NCBI GenBank assembly: GCA_050010755.1
Contig: JBEKKK010000001.1
Span: 1,056,001 to 1,120,000 of the forward strand
DNA from: Candidatus Bathyarchaeia archaeon
GTDB taxonomy: Archaea; Thermoproteota; Bathyarchaeia; Bathyarchaeales; Bathycorpusculaceae
Reading direction: 5' to 3'
DNA length: 64,000 nucleotides
Below are positions 57,027 through 64,000 of this stretch, piece after piece (the first letter of the stretch is position 1; each line of letters begins with the position of its first letter). Under the pieces are notes generated by a model that ran no database searches, was not told the origin of the DNA, and saw only the letters and a list, made by a program, of their open reading frames with translations. The position numbers were made by a program, and so were the translations under genes.

Positions 57027-57812
57027 TCACTTTTCTAAGTACGGCGATAGCCATTCCGTAAGCTGTTGCTGCGTTGGAGTACAGGTACCTCTGGATTTTG
57101 CGAATTGCTGCATTATGTTGTAAAGCAGTGAAAAATCTATCTTTTTCCTGTCATTGGCTTTATCCAAACAGTGGGCCACGAACAATGATGCCTGATACGG
57201 TACTCGTATACAAGTAAGCAAAGTGTTTATTCTGCCAACTTTCAAGTCATACTTCCCTGAAAACGTGGCTCTGTTTTCTTCTACGTGGTACTTCATGTCT
57301 TCATTCCAGCCCAAGATGTCTAAGAAATTCAAAAGGCCCATCAATCCGAGCGATGAGATGTTGCCTACTTGCTTGTCTATTCTTTCTATGCATTCTGTTA
57401 TATCTTCGATAGGTTCATACCTGATTTTTCCATTTTCTTTCTCGACGTGGTCGATGAAGTAAGCATTTCTGTAAATCAAGGTAAGAACAACCTTAAAAAT
57501 CTCAAAATCTACGACAGATATCTGGGACAGATAGCTCCACACATCATCAAATTTGAGTTTCAAATCAGGATTGCCGACAACCGGGAGCATGTCATAAAGA
57601 TTTGGCCTCTCTCTTCTAGCTTCCTTCCCAGGTTTTAGAAAAAACACTTCCAGACCGTTTGAAAGAACCGCGACTAGATACTTTTTCGGTTCTTCTTCAG
57701 TTCCACCTTTCCAGTTTAGTGCCTCTTGAATTCGCTTTATTCTCTTATCTTCCCATGATGCACGCGTCTTCGATCCTTGAAGTTTCGTCTTCAAAATGTT
57801 CTGATAAGTCAT
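57027..57812 (-). CDS. Hypothetical protein, candidate restriction endonuclease partner
   Basis: 261-aa ORF convergent on the methyltransferase and similarly AT-rich; no recognisable catalytic motif. Confidence 0.55.
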   Translation of the reverse strand: MTYQNILKTKLQGSKTRASWEDKRIKRIQEALNWKGGTEEEPKKYLVAVLSNGLEVFFLKPGKEARRERPNLYDMLPVVGNPDLKLKFDDVWSYLSQISVVDFEIFKVVLTLIYRNAYFIDHVEKENGKIRYEPIEDITECIERIDKQVGNISSLGLMGLLNFLDILGWNEDMKYHVEENRATFSGKYDLKVGRINTLLTCIRVPYQASLFVAHCLDKANDRKKIDFSLLYNIMQQFAKSRGTCTPTQQQLTEWLSPYLEK

Positions 57813-58147
57813 ACAGAAGAATTGCGCAGCCCCTGCTATTTTCTCTTTCCAAATTGATTAATAACACATTTCCGTTCAGGAGCATCTGGAATGGATGCGC
57901 TCGTCAAGTTTGGCTAAGATGAAGCGTGCTATTGATTCGGATTTGACCGCTTTTCCCTGTTCTTCCGAGGATTTTTCTGATACTTATTCATGGATTCCTT
58001 GATTGGTTTGGATTTTCCCGGCGCGTCATACTTATATTTTTGATGAACGGTCTCTACCCGTCTGAGAAATGGTGAGATTCAAACGCGCGCGCTTCGGCTG
58101 CAAAGAACTCGACGATATCAGCATCAGCATAAGAAAGGTCATGATTT

Positions 58148-58927
58148 TTGGTGATTGATCAAAGTACGGTCCTTTTGTTTATTACGGTAACGGTGGCGAG
58201 CGCGGTTGAAGCGGTTGAAGCCCTTACCATTATTCTGGCATCGGGTATTACTAGGGGCTGGCGTTCTACGTTCGAAGGGGCAGCTCTTGCGCTGGCTTGT
58301 TTGGCCGTGATTGTGGTTGTGGTTGGCGCTGCGCTGATCCAGTATGTTCCCCTGTATATTTTGCGAGTTGTCGTGGGGACGCTGCTGCTTGTTTTTGGGC
58401 TGCAGTGGCTCACGAAGGCCATACTTCGGGAGACGGGTTTTAAGGCCCTGCATGATGAATGCGACATTTACGAAAGAGAGGTAGCGCTTCTTTCTCATGA
58501 GAAGGGGATTCGTGGGAAACGAGATTCATTAGCTTTCGTCGTGAGCTTCAAGGGCGTGCTTCTGGAAGGTATGGAGGTCATCATGATTGTGATCAGCTTC
58601 GGTCTAGCCGGCGGAAGTCATAATCAATTGGAAACTGCTGCGCTCGGTGCCGTCGTCGCTGTGGGACTCATTTCAGCGATAGGCGCTGCGGTTGCGGAGC
58701 CTCTGGCTAGAGTGCCGGAGAATTATATGAAGCTGGGTGTGGGCAACCTGCTCACCGTTTTTGGGCTTTTCTGGATGGGTGAAGGCGTCGGTGTCCAGTG
58801 GCCTCTAGAGGACGTGTTCATATTGGTTCTCCTGGCGATAATTTTCTTGGCAACAGTGGGATTGGTAGCTCATTTCAAAAGAGTCCACAAGATGGAAATG
58901 GAGGTTCAAAATGTCGCCAAACAATAA
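58148..58927 (+). CDS. COG4280-type membrane protein (LysE/FTR1/GDT1-superfamily-like putative ion transporter)
   Basis: VEAVEALTIILA, FGLQWLTKAILR, FKGVLLEGMEV, RVPENYMKLGVG; about 7 TM helices with two ExxE motifs. Confidence 0.75.
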   Translation: MVIDQSTVLLFITVTVASAVEAVEALTIILASGITRGWRSTFEGAALALACLAVIVVVVGAALIQYVPLYILRVVVGTLLLVFGLQWLTKAILRETGFKALHDECDIYEREVALLSHEKGIRGKRDSLAFVVSFKGVLLEGMEVIMIVISFGLAGGSHNQLETAALGAVVAVGLISAIGAAVAEPLARVPENYMKLGVGNLLTVFGLFWMGEGVGVQWPLEDVFILVLLAIIFLATVGLVAHFKRVHKMEMEVQNVAKQ

Positions 58928-59159
58928 AACGCCGAGTGTGCTCAGGAAAGGAATCAAAAGCTTCTTTTCATTCTGGAAAGATTTTCTTGTCGGCGATTCC
59001 CCAGTTTTGGCGTTAGGCGTGATAATCATCCTAGGCGTCGCTTATCTCTTACACAACTCTGCCGTCTTGGCCCCCGTATTTGCAATTATACTGGTACTGA
59101 GTCTGATGACATTTACAGTCTGGCAAAAAACGAGGACACGACGCCATTCCCAGCCCTAA
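58911..59159 (+). CDS. Small two-TM membrane protein
   Basis: FWKDFLVGD motif and two hydrophobic helices; overlaps the end of the upstream gene. Confidence 0.7.
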   Translation: MSPNNKTPSVLRKGIKSFFSFWKDFLVGDSPVLALGVIIILGVAYLLHNSAVLAPVFAIILVLSLMTFTVWQKTRTRRHSQP

Positions 59160-59257
59160 CAGTGTGGAGATTCGTTTGGCTCCTCTATTACAACCGATAA
59201 ACCGTTGAAAACGCGCCTGTCTAAAGGACGAAATCGCCTAAGCTAGTCTCATAAGGG

Positions 59258-59677
59258 TCACTTTGGTTCTGAGAATCTTTGAACAAGCCTTGCCACCATT
59301 TCGATAAAATAGAATATGATTCCAACTATCAACAGCGCTAGTCCAAGGTTGAACAGATCAGACTCGCCATACGGGATCGCCCTGAAGCAGGCCATGGAGC
59401 CTAGAATTATCAGAAGCGCTGGGATCCCATAGGCAAAAACGGTGGAAATCGCTCTAAGCGGCGCAAACTGATCTTCGGTTTCACCCAAATCTCTTGCAAC
59501 CAATTCGATGAAGTAGAATATGATTCCGACTACTAACAGCGCTACTCCGAAATCATGAATTTCGAGGTTATTATAATTGAATGAGAGGGCGTAGGCAATG
59601 TAACCGAATATTATCAGTAAGGCTGGGAATCCATACGCAAAAATGACGGATACCGCATCGATAGAATCTTTACTCAT
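59258..59677 (-). CDS. Four-TM membrane protein built from a tandem internal duplication
   Basis: Two repeats FAYG.PALLII.G...G.ALL.VGIIFYFIE.VAR offset by 204 nt. Confidence 0.75.
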   Translation of the reverse strand: MSKDSIDAVSVIFAYGFPALLIIFGYIAYALSFNYNNLEIHDFGVALLVVGIIFYFIELVARDLGETEDQFAPLRAISTVFAYGIPALLIILGSMACFRAIPYGESDLFNLGLALLIVGIIFYFIEMVARLVQRFSEPK

Positions 59678-59862
59678 CCATTCCCCACTTCGATTTTTAA
59701 TGTAGTTCATTTTCATATAAGACTTTCGAAGGAATAATCGCATCAGAAATAGACAATTTCTCGAAAAGCTCTTAGCGCGCGCTACTAGATTTTAGATAAA
59801 TATTAATTAAAAAGAAAGGTTATTTACGTGGTTGTGTAGTGGTTTTTTGAGGGATAAGGACA

Positions 59863-60363
59863 TTGAAACGATTAGTTGTGTTACTCGCGGTGTTGGTCGG
59901 GGTTTTGTGTGTATCAGGAATAGCCTTTTTGGAGTTCTACGTGTTTGGCCCGCAGATGCCCACGCTCGTAGTGCAAGCTGAAAACGACGCTAAAATCACC
60001 ATCAAAGGCAATACCTTGTACCTTTTCTACGATCCTTTCCCCTTCAAGAACGTTTCAGGATCACTCAATGTTTCTTGGCCTGGTGGTATAGACCGCCAGT
60101 TAGACAGTGAAAGAAATAGCCTTGCTTCGTGTAATCAAAGCGGTCTAGTGGAAGCTTGGTTCCCTCCTAATTCAACTTTTGGACCGTATGGGTCTGAGGA
60201 TGGGGTAGGTGTACAAAACGGGACAGTTTCAGTATCCTTTGACGACGCCTTTTCTTACAGAATCGTTAACGCCAATTCATTCAACATCACCCTAGCGTTC
60301 AGCTCTCAGACTTTTACATTTAATTACGTTTTATATCAGCTGAAAACCGCTTTTTCACTTTAA
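59863..60363 (+). CDS. Hypothetical N-terminally anchored secreted protein
   Basis: MKR plus hydrophobic helix, many NxS/T sequons; gaggga upstream. Confidence 0.7.
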   Translation: MKRLVVLLAVLVGVLCVSGIAFLEFYVFGPQMPTLVVQAENDAKITIKGNTLYLFYDPFPFKNVSGSLNVSWPGGIDRQLDSERNSLASCNQSGLVEAWFPPNSTFGPYGSEDGVGVQNGTVSVSFDDAFSYRIVNANSFNITLAFSSQTFTFNYVLYQLKTAFSL

Positions 60364-60391
60364 CCTCAGAAAAAAGGGAGATGTTTTTGTC

Positions 60392-60589
60392 TTATTGTTC
60401 AATTTTTTCCCATAGTGCTATTCGGTATCGTTGTCTGTTGAGTTCGACGTTTCCCGCGTAGGGTGGTCTTTTGCTGTTTGGTTTTGGTGGTGGTTGTTTC
60501 CATATTGCGATTTTTCTGATTGGTTTGTACTGGCCTTTTTCTTGTATGGTTATTAGGCCGTAGAAGTCTGGTCGGTTGTGGTTGGTCAT
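60392..60589 (-). CDS. Small hypothetical protein downstream of the integrase remnant
   Basis: ATG 4 nt after the reconstructed integrase stop; same strand-biased composition. Confidence 0.5.
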   Translation of the reverse strand: MTNHNRPDFYGLITIQEKGQYKPIRKIAIWKQPPPKPNSKRPPYAGNVELNRQRYRIALWEKIEQ

Positions 60590-60593
60590 GCTT

Positions 60594-61632
60594 TCATTTC
60601 CGTTTTTTGTAGATGTGTATTCCGTCGATTTCGTTTGCTTTGGTGAAACCTTCTTCGATAAGTTTCATATATTCTTCTGCGGTTGTTGCTCCTTTGGTAA
60701 TGTATTCTTCTTCGCCGTTTATTGTGATGCCTCTGATGTAGTGCATGGCTGTTTCTAGTTTTTTGTGTTGAGATGTTTCATTATTGCGATGGGTCTGGTA
60801 ATGAGTAGTAGAGTCTTGCTCCTGAGTAGTTGCGTAGATTTCTCATTGGGATATTTTTAAGCTCTGGTTGTTTGAGCTTGTCGGCTACTCTGTTTCTTGT
60901 TCTTCGCCATGCTTCGCCTATTGTTTTGGGTCTGGAAATGGATAGTTTTCGGGGTTTTTGGCAGGTATTCTCTGAGCATTTCGTTGGTTTTTTGTTTGAG
61001 TTTGTAGGTGGCTGAGCCGTGTCCTTTTGTTCCTGTTATTGTAATGGTTCTTTGTTCTGTGTCTATTTTGCTTCGGGATGTTCTGTGTAGTTCTTCTCCA
61101 TCTGCTCCTGTTTCGGCTAGTATTGTGAATATTGTTGCGTGTTCTTGGTTTGATGCTGAGATTATCTTTGTTACGTTTTCGGTTGTTGGGATTATGGGTG
61201 TTCTTTCTGCTACTTTGTAGAATGGTTTTTGCCATGTGAAGTGGTTTGCTTTGCATAGCCAGTCGAAGGCAAGGCATAGTTTGTTTTTCGTTGCGTTTGC
61301 GAGTGGTCGTCTTGTTTTTTCGTTTGTTGCGGTTGATATGTAGAGTTTGACTGTTTCGGGGTTTTCTAGGTCTGTTTTTCTGCTGAGTTGTTTCAGTATC
61401 TCTTCTATGTTGGTTCTGGTGTTTTCGGCTTTGCCTTCTTTTTGGGGTTCCAGAAGGGTTTTTATTATTAGTCCTTCGTATTTGGTGGATTGTTGGGGTC
61501 GTAGTCTAGCTTGGTCTAGGAAATCAGAGCGCTCCTGCTTTGAGGGTATCCCGAGAGATTTGCGGGTACTCTGGTCTAGGATACCAGCCTGGGGCGTTGG
61601 CAACCTGGGTTCAAATCCCAGCGACCCCACAT
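60594..61632 (-). pseudogene. Tyrosine recombinase/integrase remnant with about 5 frameshifts, overlapping tRNA-Pro antisense
   Basis: Joined frames give ETG...EL, GTKGH, NYPFP, AWRRTRNRVADKLKQPELKNIPMRNLRNY, IMKHL, HKKLETAMHY, LIEEGFTKANEIDGIHIYKKRK*; the N-terminal VGSLGFEP is the antisense translation of the tRNA. Confidence 0.8.
61495..61629 (+). tRNA. tRNA-Pro(GGG) with a 60-nt non-canonical D-arm intron at 24/25 (61522-61581); CCA not encoded
   Basis: Spliced sequence GGGGTCGTAGTCTAGCTTGGTCTAGGA^TACCAGCCTGGGGCGTTGGCAACCTGGGTTCAAATCCCAGCGACCCCA folds as a cloverleaf; the junctions form a bulge-helix-bulge. Confidence 0.9.
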
Positions 61633-61710
61633 TTTGAGCAAATTTCCTGAACAAATTCGGAGGCAAACCCTCCGCAAGAAGAGTAGTCAGCATGAAAACT
61701 GGGGGATTAT

Positions 61711-61734
61711 GGTGGCATCCCTTTGGATGCCGCC
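61711..61734. terminator. GC-rich hairpin between tRNA-Pro and the convergent gene
   Basis: ggtggcatcc cttt ggatgccgcc; function unproven. Confidence 0.35.
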
Positions 61735-61812
61735 AAACGGAACCTGAGAACTTTTACAGGCTAAATTAGAATCCTGGTTTTCTTGGGGCAGTCGCGTGGG
61801 TTCTTAAACTGT

Positions 61813-62940
61813 TCAGGGTCCTACGCCGTAGGTGCCGTAGGGTTGGCCTATCTTAACTCCGAGTCCGCCTGCGTGGAATGTCTGGCCTGTCTGCAGGTTC
61901 TGAAACAGTGGGTCAACCCTGAAGCCTGCGACATCGCCTCCAGTGCTGTTCGTGTACGTTTGCCCGAAGAGCCTGTTCTGTGTGAACACTGTCGAACGTC
62001 CATCGTCTGTGACAACAGTTTGAGAGGTGGGTTGAGGAACTGTGCTGTTGGGGCCATAGGTCATTTGGCTGATGTCGAATTGGATGAGCTTATACTTTGA
62101 GGGATCGTACTGCGGTCTTCCCCATGCGAGCGATACACCTCCAGGGAACCAGTTGGCACTCATGTATGGCATGGGGCTGAATTCTGTAGGTGCGACGCGC
62201 ACTACACCATAATCTTCCAGGTGATACCCCCCATCACCAGTGATGGGATTCAAGGGTGGAAGAAGCGTTGAGGGAGAGCTATCAGTGGGACTCGTGACGA
62301 ACCCCGACCCTAGATTGGATGGCGGCAGTGGGGGCGCCATTCGTTGGGCACCGTGTCGACCTTTTGTCTGAGTTGTCTGACCAACACCTTGAACTTGAGT
62401 CTGAAGTTTCTTCCTTTGGGAAACGCTGTAACGGCGCGCCGCTACACAAGACGCCACAACAAGCACGCCTGCAACAGCAGCAATCGACCAAGAGACGGGG
62501 TCGCCGCCGATGGAACCACCTCCTCCGCCGACGAAGGTTATATCCCAGTTTCCATTCGCGCCGCTTGGCGTAGTCCAAGAGCCGCTACCGGACCCGCCTG
62601 AAATGGTGCCTGAAAAAGTTGCCTGTTCCCCTCCCAGCGGGCTTGGACCATAAAACTCCACGTAGCCACTTGAGTCCACGCTACCGTAGAAGTCGCTCGA
62701 TCCACTCATAGAGACTTGACCATTACTTACAATAAAAACGGCTCCAAGATTCATGGTCGTCCACTGTCCGCTCCAATCATACGTATACGAATAGCTGTAG
62801 GTGCCGTCAAACTGACTCGACGCTTCAACTCGCATGATTGTAACCATTGTCAAACAAATCGCTAAACAAAATGCAAACAAAAGAAATTTGCATTGTCCCT
62901 TTGCTCGAAACATATCTTCTGTTTTTATGGTGATTTTCAT
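61813..62940 (-). CDS. Single-pass membrane protein: Gly/Ser-rich extracellular beta domain, TM helix, Pro-rich linker, cytoplasmic FN3-like domain
   Basis: Signal peptide, GGSGSGSW, TM WSIAAVAGVLVVASCVAARR, PPLPPS, VSLAWGRP. Confidence 0.7.
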   Translation of the reverse strand: MKITIKTEDMFRAKGQCKFLLFAFCLAICLTMVTIMRVEASSQFDGTYSYSYTYDWSGQWTTMNLGAVFIVSNGQVSMSGSSDFYGSVDSSGYVEFYGPSPLGGEQATFSGTISGGSGSGSWTTPSGANGNWDITFVGGGGGSIGGDPVSWSIAAVAGVLVVASCVAARRYSVSQRKKLQTQVQGVGQTTQTKGRHGAQRMAPPLPPSNLGSGFVTSPTDSSPSTLLPPLNPITGDGGYHLEDYGVVRVAPTEFSPMPYMSANWFPGGVSLAWGRPQYDPSKYKLIQFDISQMTYGPNSTVPQPTSQTVVTDDGRSTVFTQNRLFGQTYTNSTGGDVAGFRVDPLFQNLQTGQTFHAGGLGVKIGQPYGTYGVGP

Positions 62941-63058
62941 TTAAGACATATGATTTGAGGATTCATTTTCCCAATCTGGACTTTCTTTCAGCAAAACGCT
63001 CCGCGGTTTCTTATAGAAAAACTGATTGTGCTATCAACAGGACCTATGGTACCGACCA

Positions 63059-63580
63059 CTACTCGACAAGTAGCAGTCCGAAGTACGTTGGCTTTTGTTT
63101 TCGCGTTTTCAGGACTTCGATGTGGAATCCGTTTTTTCTAGCAGTGGCATATACGTCTATGCCGGAGGATTCCAAGGAGGGTCTCGCCAACCTCGGATAA
63201 ACACAGTGCTGAAGGTTGCATTTGTCGCACCGTGCGCAGGGCCCAGCGACCAGTCCAAAGGCAGAATGGTATCCAGAAAGGAAAACGTGTCTTTCCAATT
63301 TAGCAATCATGTCATGTATCTCTATAGATTCGTCTGATACCTTCATGAGGATCGCACGGGAATAACCCTTCAGAACTCTTCTCGTCTGTTCCGGCGTTGG
63401 ACTGAAAGGTGGGCAGGTAAGAGATTTACCATAATTCCCGCAGCCGTATTGACATTTAAGCCTAACCCAGTCCTTAACGACAATGTTTTTCGGGTCAATC
63501 CGTTTCGCGTCAACTGCTCCCATTCGGACAGCAAGTTCAGCAAAATGCTTCACATCAACGTCCAAGCGTTTACTGCTCAT
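63059..63580 (-). CDS. DUF2284-family predicted metal-binding protein
   Basis: VRLKCQYGCGNYGKSLTCPP, GPCARCDKC, CVYPRLARPSLESSGIDVYATA. Confidence 0.85.
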   Translation of the reverse strand: MSSKRLDVDVKHFAELAVRMGAVDAKRIDPKNIVVKDWVRLKCQYGCGNYGKSLTCPPFSPTPEQTRRVLKGYSRAILMKVSDESIEIHDMIAKLERHVFLSGYHSAFGLVAGPCARCDKCNLQHCVYPRLARPSLESSGIDVYATARKNGFHIEVLKTRKQKPTYFGLLLVE

Positions 63581-63925
63581 CAGAACTCTCCACCAACTTA
63601 TTCGATCTATTGGATGAGGAAGTGCCGGGAACATTTTAAGTTCACGGTTTTGTCATGAATCGCTTTCGATTCGTCTCACACAGTCCACGTTGTGCGATTC
63701 CCGAATTCGAAAAAGGTTCTCGGTTTTATCTGTCAGTTATGGGTTCGCTGCAGAATGTCAGGATTTTAAATAAGAATTTCAATTTGACAAAACTTTTAGG
63801 GAAAGAGATTTCAAACTGTGATGACTCGAATGCGAAGGCATCCTTGCGGTTTTGTCAGCTATTCTCTTCCTCTTGGTCTTACCATAAGGAAAGCGAATGT
63901 CCAGCCGAGTGTTAAGAAGACTCAG

Positions 63926-64000
63926 TTGATTCTCGCGTTGATCAGCATATTCATCGTGGTGGGACCTCTCGGGGCAACCCTGCTCATCTACCGTAACAAT
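63926..64000 (+). CDS. Probable 5' end of a membrane-anchored protein running off the window
   Basis: Open frame LILALISIFIVVGPLGATLLIYRNN; start codon uncertain. Confidence 0.4.
   Translation, partial: MILALISIFIVVGPLGATLLIYRNN

Noticed and set aside
61633-61693. N-terminal 20 codons of the 278-aa integrase ORF as a genuine start
   Set aside because: Lies beyond the tRNA 3' end in probable host sequence and shows no integrase features; may be open by chance
1-64000. CRISPR arrays, rRNA genes, IS transposases
   Set aside because: No regularly spaced repeats, rRNA-like tracts or transposase motifs seen

Overview
Archaeal chromosomal window, most likely Bathyarchaeia (TACK). This is inferred from the Mvh/Hdr genes, a diphthamide-less EF-2 paralogue, tRNAs with introns and a tRNA-overlapping integrase. 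Four blocks are visible. (1) 1-26 kb, energy and carbon metabolism: HdrB, MvhG, MvhA and maturation protease; bacterial-type AsnA; aldehyde:ferredoxin oxidoreductase; a soluble Sdh/Frd flavoprotein with a CCG-fused FeS subunit; split GMP synthase; and a methylmalonyl-CoA module (epimerase, BirA, carboxyltransferase, 5S/OadA-like subunit, biotin carrier, mutase). No biotin carboxylase or Na+-pump subunit is present, so the module resembles a transcarboxylase (Wood-Werkman-type) pathway. (2) 26-44.5 kb, an apparently AT-richer surface-appendage locus: two archaellin-like pilins, a decayed third pilin copy, a seven-gene type IV pilus operon, TrmB regulator, MoxR AAA+/vWA pair, receiver protein and several unknowns. 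Three of its promoters share a TGTGT-N11-ACAYA palindrome. (3) 44.7-54.9 kb housekeeping: GT4, intron-containing tRNA(CAU), Ogg, EF-2 paralogue, RIO-like kinase, purP-like, purC, purE. (4) 55-64 kb accessory: m4C-type DNA methyltransferase with an unknown convergent partner, membrane proteins, and a frameshifted tyrosine integrase reading antisense through a tRNA-Pro(GGG) that has a D-arm intron. No rRNA or CRISPR array was seen. All calls come from motif recognition by eye; no searches were run.
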